A DNA stretch of 64,000 bases from Octopus sinensis. Its lineage: Eukaryota. Within the stretch, counting starts at the first letter, position 1. The number at the start of each line of letters is the position of its first letter. This document shows positions 13,611-28,220 of this stretch, one piece after another. The translations under genes and the position numbers were made by a program. The notes below the pieces were generated by a model that was not told where the DNA came from, searched no databases, and worked only from the letters and a program-made list of their open reading frames with translations. The DNA is taken from assembly GCF_006345805.1 (NCBI RefSeq), contig NC_042999.1:186001-250000 (forward strand), read 5' to 3'.

Positions 13611-15151
13611 TCAAATAGATCAAATAGATCAACGTTGATTTTCCATTACGTTAGTTTAGCATATCTTAGAATATGGTGACGTTGTTATTTGGGCACATCG
13701 ACCAGTCCCATGCTCTGCCCAACCTGTAGTTGTAATGAGTCTTACTTAAGATTGCGCAGCTTTAGTCTATGTGGTGAAATGTTTCCTCCTCCACCTCCTC
13801 ATATACTTCACCTAATATACTCTGTCTCATTCAATGCTGTTTCTGTTCACGGTTGGAAATACTTTAATCAGTTTCCGTGATCAAAAATCTGCCAATCCAA
13901 ACATTGAATTGAAAGTTTGTCAACCAGTAGTGTAAATTTTCTTTTCCTTTTTCTATCTAATCTTTATTTTTAACATAATGGTCATGAAGTGGCTTTTCCT
14001 AGCGCAATTTTAGCACCAGTAGCTCCAGTAGACATTCAGTAGCCCCATTTTACCTTACTCGTTAGCGTTTTCATAATTTCTGCCGTTGTTTTAGCCTTTG
14101 TCTTTACATCTGTCTAACATTTCAGTCTATTGGTTTCCTTGAAAGCAGAAGACAATGCCTTTTTTGCTTATGTTTTGTCAGTATTTGTATTAATTTTTAA
14201 ATATTCTTAATAGATAATTGTTTAGTTGTACACTGGATATTAACAATTTTCTAGTTGCACACTCTTCTACTTCCGCTTATTCACTATAAATACAATATTT
14301 CTCGGTCAGATTTCGGCAGACCTTTGCTAAATGCAGCCATTTTGTTTGCACTTTTCTGTTTTGTCTTTTCAATTTATTTGATTCTTAATTAAACTATAGC
14401 TATAATTATCACTATCATCATTTTATTGCTATCATTTTCATTATTTATTGTTCTTATGTCATTGCACAGTACGGAAATAAAACACTTTTTCTTTTGTTTT
14501 TTTGTTTAATATTAACTATCAAACTTTGACAAAAGGTGTTGGACAGAAACCACCTTTCTTAGAATATGAGCTCGTCCAAGGAGTGAATATCTTATGTCAC
14601 TCGGAGAATAGAATGATAATTTCTTTTCCAGACTCTATAAGGAGTCGATCCGCTTATTTTCTTAAACGTAACCAAATTTATAAATGGTATCTTGAGAGAA
14701 TGAGAAGTGAGGCTTGTAAGAGAAAATGGGAGAATGGGGGAAAACGAATTGTGGACGTGCCCTTTATTATTACAAGCAAGATCTTCATTCACCAAATAAA
14801 GTTGAGAAGAAGATGTAATAACATGATATAAAATAAATTGCATCGCCATCCTCTCAGCTAAGCAGACAGCAACAAAAACCACCAACAACTGTAATAAATC
14901 TAGCAGAAATAGTGCAGTAACAACAACAAAACCTTTATCAGAATCACCACCGCCACAACCACCATGAACACAACCAATAACAGGAACAACGACAACTGCT
15001 CCCTCCAATGTTATTATCATTACAAGTATTGGAATACGTTCAAGCAAAACTACAATATCAACTACGGGATCAGTTATTAGAACAGGATCGCTGCCGTGAA
15101 AAATTGCAACTCTTGCGTAACCATCGGCCCCCACCATACGTAAGACAATAC

Positions 15152-15385
15152 ATTTTTCTTTACTACCCACAAGGGGCTAAACACAGAGGGGGCAAACAAG
15201 GACAGACAAACGGATTAAGTCGATTACACCGACCCCAGTGTTTCACTGGTACTTAATTTATCGACCCCGAAAGGATGAAAGGCAAAGTCGACCTCGGCGG
15301 AATTTGAACTCAGAACGTAACGGCAGACGAAATACGGCTAAGCATTTCGCCCGGCGTGCTAACGTTTCTGCCAGCTCGCCGCCTT
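15152..15385 (-). mobile_element. SINE group B, full length
   Basis: Head, core and tail present; TSD TAAGACAATA. Confidence 0.9.
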
Positions 15386-17074
15386 CATAAGACAATAACT
15401 TGCTCTCAGTCTACAATGTCATGGATGAATTATTCGCTTGAAAATGAAAAGACATTGAGCAAAAAATAAAGACTGCATTTTATTATCGGCGTAATTGCTT
15501 TATCAATTGTTGAAAACGAAAAATATTCACTGACACCAATCTGCTAGATACGTGAGCAAAAGAATTAGAATGCTTGACCACTCTGTTCCCAGCACAGACT
15601 GAAATTGTACGAAAGATGTTTGGAGTTCCATACCGTGTGTCAAAAACTGGGGCAATGTAGAGTGATTGTGATTTTATGCGTCAATGAAAAGGACTCCAGC
15701 GAAATAACCTTAAGAAATACTCGTTTGAACTGTATTACAGTCATCCTTTATAAAACAATGATTGACCAAGGTGATTGCCATCGATGTTTTACCATATGTA
15801 TAATGCTATTGAAGGAACATGGGTGACTGGCAACTCCAGAACAACCTCACATCATAATTAGTGGAGTTTAAATTAGAGGTGCAAATGCTTATAAAACCTA
15901 AAAACAATCTGATTATCCAAGCCGCACCTCATATATTTGAAGAATGGGCATTCGATAAAATTTGTGTTGAAGAGTAGGAGACCTAGGCTTCATAAATGTG
16001 GTTGTACTAGCCACCTCAACCCGAGTGGCTTTAGGTTAGAAAATGGCCGTAAACGCCTTTGGCGCTTTACGTGTTGCTTTGGCGTTTTACGTGTTGCTTT
16101 GGTTTTCACCGCACTTCCCTGGTGTGATCTCCTTGCTGCCAACACCGTAGCCATATAAACATGAGCAATATAAGTAAAATCAACAGCAACAGAAACACGA
16201 ATAGTAACAGCAAATGCAAGAAACAGAAAGCTATAACCAAATCATCAAAGGATTGCATTTCCATCTTTGAAAAGGAAATTTCACAGGAATGTCATCATCG
16301 CCAAAACTCCAACAATAACAATGACAAAAATAGCACATGCGCACTACAGCATCCCTCATAGTCTGCGCTCTTCATCCTGCTCTTCGTCAAATGAGGTGAA
16401 GCTGGAAATAATTAAGTAATGAGAGATAAGCGGAAGGAAGCAATGAATGACCGTCACCTAATCAAAACATTTAGCAAGGCCAACGATACGCCATGGATCC
16501 TACAGCTCATTGGTCTATTAGCAAAGCCTCCACAACAACATCAGAAACAACAAATAACCCTCGCCCATTACAAGAAATTATTCAGCAAAACGTAAGCAAC
16601 AGCCACAACCAGCAGTCAGTACAGGAGCAACCCTAACCCCACCAAACGAAAGTAACAACAAGAACCAGAACACCAACAATCTATAAAACAGAGGTATACC
16701 CTTCAGCCTCGTTGTTTTCTCCAATTAGAACGCTGAGTTAAATAAATAATAATAATAATAAAGAAATTATTGTATACAGTGCTCAGGTGCGCCACAACTT
16801 GTCAAAAGTGCGTATAAAACGTATAAAGCTGATGGAGTTTGAAAAAAAAGCAAAACGTAAAATCATTATATAAAAGAAAGGGCGTCCAGAAAACATTCTC
16901 AAAACCGACAAAAGACACTTCTGGTGAAGACCAAGCCAGAGGTCTGTAAATATTTGCTGTCACGGTTTTTCCATTCAAACTTAAAACAATCGAACCAATG
17001 TTACGGTCCATTGAGAATCGCCAAAAAACAATTTTCTCGCTTTAATCCCGATGCAAGTAAATGAACTTTTCCAT

Positions 17075-17113
<39 letters not shown>

Positions 17114-17751
17114 TCCCGTAATATGCCGATACTGAGAATCGGTTCCGTAAAATCACATGACCTAAGTTCACTTATCACATGACCATAAGTCACCAGATAT
17201 TTACACGATGTTTCGCTTTTCAATAGTCCTTTTTATTTATTGTGTTTATCCAAAGACAAAAAAAGTTGTTTGACTTGTTTAATATTTATCGCTGTTTATA
17301 TTAGTTTTCCATTAATGTTAATTTTCTACTTCTACACTTGATGTCATCTAATAATATCCTGGCCAATGTCTCACTATGTTCGTAGTAAATACAATCTATT
17401 ATTCTGCGTCAGATTTTCGGTGATATATTCTCGCTACATGCATTATTTATCTTGTTTTTCTGCAACAGTCTTGATAACTCGCTTTCTGTCTAGTTGCGTA
17501 TATTATAACTATAACATATTAATGAGACAGCTAGAATATTGAATCGTAACTTACTTTTTATACTTATCTGAGATGTCCTGAAATTTAGAAAACTTTATAG
17601 TAGTACATTATGTTATTTATCTAATTAGGCTATTTACATAATACCGTGTGCAGCAAATATATTGTGTTTAAATGCTATGGATGGTGTATTCTTTAATTCT
17701 TTTATTTGTTTTAGTCATTTCTTTCTAGTGACCACAGTAACTAATAAAATA

Positions 17752-18112
17752 GACTGTTCTTTGAGCCACTTCTTCACTACAGTTTCCACTTCCTCGTCAC
17801 TGGAATAATGTTTGCCCCTCAAACCCTCTTTCGTGGAGCCAAAGAGATGATAGTCTGAAGGCGCTAAATCTAGTGAGTGTGGAGGTAGTGAAGAAGTGGC
17901 TCAAAGAACAGTCATCAGAATTTTATGGGGCCGGGATACATGCTCTCATTCGAAGGTGGAACATTGCTATTGAGAGAAACGGTGACTCTGTTGAGAAGTA
18001 GGGATGTGATCCACAGAGGACCAGCTTCATTTTGATGTATGATACATGTTCCTGTGTTGGTAATTATACCTGTCCTAAACAAAATGGCATTACTTTTTGA
18101 CTCATCCTCGTA
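17752..18112 (+). mobile_element. Mariner transposase 3' remnant with right TIR and an inverted upstream segment
   Basis: Plus strand VVKKWLKEQSSEFYGAGIHALIRRWNIAIERNGDSVEK*; minus strand 17752-17873 DLAPSDYHLFGSTKEGLRGKHYSSDEEV; TIR 18086-18110 followed by TA. Confidence 0.85.
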
Positions 18113-18160
18113 CGTAAATGAAAAGAATTGGCATACATCTCGGTGAGCCCTCGTATATTT

Positions 18161-18570
18161 ATAGGCGCAGGTGTGACTGTGTGGTAAGAAGCTTGCTTCC
18201 CAACCACATGGTTCTAGTTTAGTACCATTGCATGGCACCCTGGGCGAGTGTCTTCTACAATAGCCACAGGCCGGCTAAGGCCTTGTGAGTGGCTTTGATA
18301 AACGGAGGATGAAAGAAGCCTGTCGTATATATATATATATATATAAGTATATATTTATGTGAGTGTAATTTTGTGCCCGAATTTGTCCCCTCATAATCGC
18401 TTGAGGACCAATTTTGGTGTCGAACATCGTCCCCGTAAGTTAGCGGTTTGGGGTTTGGCAAAAGAAACCGATAAATAAGTCCTGGAGTTGATTTCTTCGA
18501 CTAGAAAACCCTTTAAGGTGGTACTCCAGCATGGCCGCAGTCAACTGACTGAATCAAGTAAAAGCGTAAA
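18161..18570 (+). mobile_element. Group A SINE, diverged
   Basis: Head, CORE-like domain and tail recognisable. Confidence 0.82.
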
Positions 18571-18870
18571 AGAAATATCTGAGAGAAAGCATAAATATTT
18601 TACAAATACAATCTCGAAGTTGATTGGTAAGAATATGCAAGTCTCATGTTCAAGTCTTGAATTTGTTTCGCTGTCTACATCCCAGCGACGGTTGTGTCTT
18701 TATCAGACACCAGCTCATCTGTTTCAGGAAGATATGTTAAATAATATATAAATTTAAATGACAGCAGAAACAGTCAGGTAGACAGCAGACACACACACAT
18801 ATATATTTGTAAATCATTTCCTGATATACGTATCATAAAAATATGCGTAAATATACATATATACATACAC

Positions 18871-18911
<41 letters not shown>

Positions 18912-19065
18912 AATGAATAAAAATGGCTTTTCTAATAAATTTTCCACGTTAATAAACTTATAAACATCTAATTATTAAAGTGGAAGAATTATCAGAAAAG
19001 CCATATCTATTCATTTTTTAAAATATATAATACTGTACCAAAGATATTTTTATTTCTTATTCTAC

Positions 19066-19097
<32 letters not shown>

Positions 19098-19124
19098 TGT
19101 ATGTATGTATAGATATATATACAT

Positions 19125-19191
<67 letters not shown>

Positions 19192-19400
19192 CGTTAATCC
19201 AAACATGAAAACACAAAGAGAAAACACACCAACGCGAGGACGTGGAACAAGTATAGTGTTATTGAACGTTAAGGAAAGGAATGAAAGAAGGAGTATTTAA
19301 CGTTTCGAGCGGAGTTCTTCGTCAGAAACATAGGAAAAGGAAAGATCCAAGGAAGAGAAGACGGAGGAAAAAAATCGCCAACGGTAAACACGCGGTCACA
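19192..19400 (-). mobile_element. Probable PLE 3'-end (pLTR) remnant with hammerhead motif at 19295-19331
   Basis: Minus strand reads TGTTT-CTGACGA-A-GAAC-TCC-GCTC-GAAA-CG-TT-AAATA, about 105 nt before a (TA)n junction. Confidence 0.6.
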
Positions 19401-19504
19401 TTTTGAATATGTATACACATTTATAAGTAAAGGAGGGAGCAGAAACATACTTGTTCATCCACATAGCGGCAAATTAAGTATATATACATATATTATATAT
19501 ATAT

Positions 19505-21020
<1,516 letters not shown>

Positions 21021-21120
21021 AAGTTCGTTTGTTCTTATTTTAATTTTATTTTAAAACAACGGCTATTCGGCACGAAGGAGTTCGGCTTAAACTGCTCTGT
21101 CTCTCTGTCTGTCTTTCTTT

Positions 21121-21173
<53 letters not shown>

Positions 21174-21427
21174 ATATATATATATATATACATGTATGTC
21201 GTTCTTCATGTTTGTCTTGTTTTCCATTTGTGTCTTTCGTTGTTCGAAAAAATTGTTCATATTCCATGGACTCGCACTACGTATTTTTTTTATTGTACAC
21301 ATTTCATGAGGTCCTATGCCCACATATACATACATACATACATACATACATACATACATACATACATACATACATACATACGTACATACATACATACATA
21401 CGTACATACATAAATACACACACACAC

Positions 21428-21471
<44 letters not shown>

Positions 21472-22139
21472 TTTCTTTTCTAGTTTCAGCTCAGAGCTGC
21501 GGCCATGCTGATGCACCGCTGTTTTGTGCTACACTGTTATTGCGAAGAACCTCGTCTAATATGTGGCACTTGGTGAAGAATGGAGTTTGATATAGCTACA
21601 CTCATTTGCACCTCTTGCCGTGAGGTAGGTTCATCTGGGACTCTCGACAGATGTCCAGCTTTGATTTAAAACTGCTACATCTACTTTGTGCAAGTTCCTC
21701 AGACTCTTTGGGAGAATATTAAAAAGCTGTGGGCCCTTGGAACCCAGGCTGTAATATATATATTATTTATATTGTTATATGATTGAACGCCACACACCCT
21801 CTTCCAATTAAGCTTTATATTAATAATTCTGAGCCATAAATCCAACCCTATTATGAAATAATAGTGTTGGATTTATGGCTCTGACATTTGTACTACCCCT
21901 TCCTCTATCTATAAATAGAAAAATTATTGTTTGTCTCCACTGAACGAAATATATAAAACCACTCCTCCCCATTGATAAATCTAAATAACAAAGTGAACTC
22001 AGTGATAAAAAAATCTGCCCATGGAGAAGGACCTTCTAGTGCCATGTTCTTAATGATGAAATTAACCTCTCTGTCTATATATCTACCCTATTTGTAATGT
22101 TGGCAAATAGAATAAGTATAGAAATGAGCATTGTCTATA

Positions 22140-22227
22140 TGTGGCTGAAGAGTGCTCTACATTTTAAAACTGATGTAATACTTACATTGCTTAATTAAAT
22201 GAAGTAGCATGAAACGATTGTACTACA
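22140..22227 (+). ncRNA. Hammerhead-like motif with large loop II
   Basis: TGTGG / CTGAAGA / GTGCT(CT)AC...GTAGCAT / GAAA / CGATTG / TA / CTACA; (TA)n starts about 30 bp downstream. Confidence 0.65.
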
Positions 22228-22398
22228 CTACCTTTGGATAACTTGTTGCTTATTTTGATTATATATATATAAAAATCCATAGAGGCAATACAAGGATTCA
22301 CCGTGTCTTCATTTTAGAACTGTGCTTTATTTCTATAACATGAAATCACATGTATAATTATAGGCTTCACATTTCCTCCCACTGTCTCTCACTCTCCT

Positions 22399-22432
<34 letters not shown>

Positions 22433-22553
22433 GTATATATATATATATACACATACATTCACACACATAAATATATGTATATATATATACATATATACAG
22501 ACAAATATATATATAGATATATACATATGTATACATATATATATATATATGTA

Positions 22554-22626
<73 letters not shown>

Positions 22627-22644
22627 CATAAATACATACATACA

Positions 22645-22678
<34 letters not shown>

Positions 22679-23656
22679 ATGTATATGTATATATGTATAA
22701 GTGTATATATATTTCTATGTGTAAATGAATACACAGCCATATACTTATCTAGATGTGCACATACTATATACAAACATGCGCACACCACATCAAGAAAACA
22801 TCACAGGAAAAGCAATTATGTTGGACCAGAATAAAAAAATAAAGAACACGTAGGCAAATTTTATTTACCATACTTGTACGTATTCATTTGTATAGAATAC
22901 ATTTTCGCATTGTCAAGTGAAAAAAAAAATAAGCGTCACATATTCTCGACTTCATACGAAGCCTAAAAAAGAAAAAAAAAGAAAACACGTATAGCTATAC
23001 ATATTATATATGTACAAAAGTTGATGAATGCTTTAATATTCGCGTTGGGAAATCAAGAAAATCTGTCGATTCGGAAAATTTTAACAACGTAGAAACTGTG
23101 TTTATTTGCTCAATGTATGACTAGGAAAATTGTTATCTGACGAGCAAAGAGATCGGAATTTGTTTGAAGTTTTCACTGTCTCTTTTGCTTGCTACGTTGA
23201 ATCTATAGAGACTGACTCAATTTTCCGAGAACAGAGTTAAAGCTGGGTGGACAATATTGTTCTCTCTAATATTAGTTAACGGTTGTTTTTGTTTCCTTCT
23301 TTCTACCCCTTTCAATTATTTAGTCGATGCGGCGAGAAAAAGAAGAAAAAAAATGCTTGTGTCGTTTTTTTCGCTGTGTTTCTATGTCGCTCTTGATTTT
23401 CTTATTCCTATCACCATTATATCATTTGCAAAAGGTTAAATAAACTAAAACTAAGCTCAACTATTTTATTCCCCAATCTCTACGGATTTTCCGAAATTGA
23501 AAAAAAAAAAAAACAGCAAAGAAACAAAAACAAGAAAAGAGTTGCTTGCTTTTTACCATTGATGAGATTTTGTGTGTGTGATACGAAAATGTGTTTCTAT
23601 TTCCCAATAAAATCTTATTGTCGTTTCCGACGTTGATGGACTGTTGACAGAAGCAT

Positions 23657-24200
23657 TAGAGACGTAGAGTTAGATCTGTTGCCAACATGAGGACTGGAAC
23701 ACTTCAGATGAATACGGTTTCCCTGGCGTATAAATGGCTGAGATTACAGCGCTCGACTCCACTAGAGATGTAGAGTTAGATCTGTCGCCAACCTGAGGAC
23801 TGAAAACTCCAGATGAATACGGTTTCCCTGGCGTATAAATGGCTGAGATTACAGCACTCGACTCCACTAGAGACGTAGAGTTAGATCTGTTGCCAACCTG
23901 AGGACGGAAAACTCCAGATAAATTCGGTTTCCCTGGCGTATAAATGGCTGAGATTACAGCACTCGACTCCACTAGAGACGTAGAGTTAGATCTGTCGCCA
24001 ACCTGAGGACTGAAAACTCCAGATAAATTCGGTTTCCCTGGCGTATAAATTGCTGAGATTACAGCACTCGACTCTACTAGAGACGTAGAGTTAGATCTGT
24101 CGCTAACCTGAGGACTGAAAACTCCAGATAAATTCGGTTTCCCAGGCGTATAAATGGCTGAAATTACAGCACTCGACTCTACTAGAGACTGAAAACTTCA
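23657..24200. repeat. Tandem array of five 105-bp units plus a partial unit
   Basis: Unit starts at 23657, 23763, 23868, 23973, 24078 and 24183; first unit is 106 bp. Confidence 0.97.
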
Positions 24201-24203
24201 GAG

Positions 24204-24844
24204 GGGAAATCGCCCTGCATGCAGTCATTCAGTCTCTGTGCATTAGAGTGTTGTGGGCTTGTGTTGAGCAGTTGCTGTTTCGTGTAAGACGAATCGAGAT
24301 GTCCGCCGAGCGTATCGTGGAATCGACGCACCACTTTCTTTTAGTAGAGAGGGATGGCAGATCTTTTTCTGTTTAGTAGCTGTGGCAAAAGAGGCCGTGT
24401 GGTGGACCCGTCTGAAAGGTGTGAACACAGGCACTTTCCTATCTGGTCAAGTTCTCATCAATTCATTGAAATATCGTTTGAAGAGAAAGATGAGGGTAGA
24501 AAAAGAGGCGCTGACTTTTAGTGTGTTTATCAAAATGTGGTCGGGAGTGGTAAGTCTGGTAAGACTGAATGGATCTATTCTGAGAATGCTTTTCTAAGTA
24601 GGAGGAAAGAAATTGAAAGACGGCACGTCCCGTACCTTGGGGATGACATAGTAATCCGGGTCTTTTGCATTGGGTTTATTCCGAATTACCTTAATTATTC
24701 ATTTCTCTAATACCTATTTATATATATACCCTTGTTATATCCTTTAATATTGTAGTGTCTCCCTTTGCTCGCTGTAAACCCCACCTGTTTTTGCGTGTTG
24801 TATCTCGTTCTTTCATATTGACTTTATGGCCAGTAAAAGAAATT
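24204..24844 (+). mobile_element. Second Tx1/L1-clade LINE 3' fragment (diverged subfamily)
   Basis: LWACVEQLLFRV..SAERIV and AKEAVWWTRLKGVNTGTFLSGQVLINSLKY align with 36100-36481. The UTR shares GTAAACCYCACCTGT, TTCATATTGAC and GGCCARTAAA(A)GAAA, then runs into (GTC)n(ATC)n(ATT)n. Confidence 0.8.
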
Positions 24845-24854
24845 GTCGTCGTCG

Positions 24855-24894
<40 letters not shown>

Positions 24895-24922
24895 TATTAT
24901 TATCATTGTTATTATTATTATA

Positions 24923-24975
<53 letters not shown>

Positions 24976-25001
24976 CATTATTATTATTATTATTATTATC
25001 A

Positions 25002-25070
<69 letters not shown>
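24845..25070. repeat. (GTC)n(ATC)n(ATT)n microsatellite
   Basis: Direct inspection. Confidence 0.97.
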
Positions 25071-25290
25071 GATTTGGCAAGATTGTTAGCACGCTGGATG
25101 AAACGCTTAGCGGTATTTCACCCATCGCTATGTTCTGAGTTCAAATTGCACCGAGGTCGGCTTTACCTTTCATCCTTTCGGGGGTCGATAAATTAAGTAC
25201 CAATTGAGTACTGGGGGTCGATGTAATCGACTATCCCCTTCCCCCTAGTTGCAGGCCTTGTGCCTATTACAGTAAGGATTATTATTATTA
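25070..25290 (+). mobile_element. SINE group B with alternative tail (GGCCTTGTGCC..(ATT)n)
   Basis: Same core as group B, different 3' end. Confidence 0.8.
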
Positions 25291-25309
25291 TTATTATCAT
25301 TATTATTAT

Positions 25310-25786
25310 TGAGTGAGAAAGCAATGCATGCCATCAAAGTGACACTGGGGTAAAATATATGAAGCTCAGTATACCCATCAAGACTACCCGTCTGATAAGG
25401 GTACACTAGGCACATGCATCACAACCATATGTGCGCGACATGGTGATCTCATATCAAGATAAACAGCACATGACCTTGAAGGTGGGGCCCAGTTAGAATT
25501 TTCTTCAGGTCGAGTAGCCCATCCCACTCGAAAGGTCCCTGAATAAGGGTTGTTTAAGGATGTTGAACCAAACACCCATGTTTCTAGAGTTGAATTATTC
25601 AAACCCCAAAGAATCCCTCTCAACACACGGCTATGATACTCCCCCACTACTTCTGCTCGTGATCAGAGATGCACATATCGTCAGCCACTAAGGGACATGC
25701 TCAACTGGTTAAGGTCAAACAACTGACAAGCAAATCTGTGGTATTGAGCAGAATATTTGCTGTAGCCCATCTTTTATACCAAGACA

Positions 25787-25787
<1 letters not shown>
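25310..25787 (-). mobile_element. Interspersed element embedded in (ATT)n; probable retroelement 3' fragment with an (AAT)n tail
   Basis: About 480 bp of complex sequence with (ATT)n directly on both sides and no convincing ORF. Family assignment is inference. Confidence 0.4.
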
Positions 25788-25842
<55 letters not shown>

Positions 25843-27599
25843 CATTATTATTATTATTATCAAGGCCGTTCAGTATTTCATTCGAACCAAAATGCCTTTG
25901 GATACTTAATTATGACTTATTTATGTCCCGAGACAATATTTTACCAAAATTGACTTTGCTTTTAATTACTCCAAGATCGATAAAGCTAGTGCTTCCCAAG
26001 TACTCGAGTTGATTTAAATTAGCTCTCTCTTTCTTCCTCCAAATGCTTGTGTGCTTATTTTTGCTTCTGTTCTTTTTTTGGCTGAAATCAAATGTCATTA
26101 ATATTATTTCGCATTCATTAATTGCAGTAATAGCTTTTATTTTTTTTTCCTTTTTCTTTTTTGTATTCTGTATTTCTGCAACTCAGCGTGCAACTGCTTT
26201 TCGTTCTATTTGCAGTTAGAGATTCAATATATTGTATGAAACTGAATCGCTAACTTTTCATCATTGGAAAAACCCCAAAGGGGAGGTAATACACGGCTTC
26301 CACCTCTTTAGGCAAAAACGTAAAAAAAAAAATGAAAAAAGAAAAGAGAATGCAGAGAAAAATGGAAGAGTAATAGCCAGGTCTCAGTAATTGATTTGAA
26401 TAAATATAATATCTCGTTCGACGACCAGAAAAAAAACTATTGCTTTTAGGTGCTAAGCTCAGCTTTCTTTCAATTCTGTAGTGTTTCTATTATCACATAT
26501 TTCAATTAACTATACTTGGATATTTTCGCTTAAAACATTTTCGGTGTAAACTGCTTTGGTCAACAAGTTATTTATGAATTGTAAAAATAAAACTGGAAAA
26601 CAAAAACAAGTACTAAAATAAACATGTTTATCAAAAGTATATTGTGTGTTTAACCTCGATAAGAGGGTTAGCAATGGTTATTCTCACCCAGCCTGTTTGG
26701 AAGTTGTAATGCTTTATTTAAAATTTTAGTTGAAAAATGGTGGTGTTTAATCAATACTCGGCCAGTGGTAACAACTGAACAACTAAGCAGATGACACGAT
26801 GCCAGCTGCTAAGTTATGAAGGGGAGTAGATAGAGGGTGTGGCGAGGGTTATAATATCCATGGACGAAGCTTTTTGTGGAGGTGGCATTTTTCAGTCTGC
26901 TCTATAAGATTACATAGGCTGCGGCCCAGGGTGAGCTGAGGGATACAAACACAAGGGCTACCCCGGACGCTACGTGTACACGGGATACGATAGAGACGTT
27001 AGGTCCATTATCAGGAAATAATTTTCCAAGCTGAAAGTGTGAAAGCTGAAACAGAGTAGGAGCAGTCAACCACTGAAAATGACAGTAGAAATGGTATTTG
27101 CTTTTTGGTCTTGTGGTCGTCTGTATCCAGGTCAGACTCGGTCAAGCAGAACTAAGATGAAAGGCGTTCCATCTGCGACCATCCCGTCCCTTCCTAGGCT
27201 AGTATATCTCGAACGACATTGTTATCCAGTGTGAACTTCATCTTTAAGGCAGCAGGTTTTGACGAGAGTGAAACATCAAGAGATTCTGTCACAGTCGATT
27301 ACGTCATGCTAAGTTCATAGATATAGACATTTTATAGAGGTAGGTACGGATCTAGTAGCAAGTTGGCCCTTCGGGTGGTACGGTCTGATGGTGAGATATT
27401 GATTTCAAATTTTGGCACGTCAAATCAATATCAGTGCTCAACAGGTGCATAGTTTCGAACCCCGACAGCATGAGAAAAAAGGTACATCGGTGGCATTTGA
27501 CGCAGAAAGTAAACATAGAAAATAGAGAGCAAAACAAACAACGTGCGAGAGTCTAAACCTCTAGTGACTCTGTCAATTCTCCTATCTATCTATCTATCT

Positions 27600-27657
<58 letters not shown>

Positions 27658-27695
27658 GGCTGGTTGTTTCTTCTCTGTCTAATCCGTCGCTATAA

Positions 27696-27750
<55 letters not shown>

Positions 27751-27862
27751 ATGCTATATATATACACATATATAATACACACACAACACACATAATAATA
27801 CACACAACACACACACACATATATATATACATATACATACGTTATATATATATGTATATAAG

Positions 27863-27917
<55 letters not shown>

Positions 27918-28049
27918 AATAGTAAAGTGTGAAAAAACGACAGAAGGCTTAAATGTTAAAAAATATATATATTTGTGTCAAAATGTCTGGAGAATATTGG
28001 AAAAATTTTTTTTCCTTTCCTTAAAATGACATAATTTTAAAATTTTTTA

Positions 28050-28089
28050 AAGAAATTACCGGTTTCGCGTGTAGCTTTTCAAATTTCTT
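28050..28089 (-). ncRNA. Minimal hammerhead ribozyme, left-arm copy
   Basis: Exact reverse complement of 33881-33920. Confidence 0.8.
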
Positions 28090-28220
28090 GTGACGTTATG
28101 TTTATATTGCATGGAATTATCGTTGTTTTTATTTCCAGGAGATTTCTAAATAAGGGGAGGTAGTGAGTGATTTTTTCCGGTGTAGAGATAATCGCTTAAA
28201 ATTTGTTTTCTTTTTCCTTG

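Noticed and set aside
14592-15170. 192-aa hydrophobic minus-strand ORF
   Set aside because: It starts inside a SINE tail and is the antisense of a degenerate AAC/ACC-rich tract; the same applies to 16140-16700.
23657-24200. CRISPR-like interpretation of the 105-bp array and the SINE arrays
   Set aside because: No unique spacers, no cas genes, and the context is eukaryotic.
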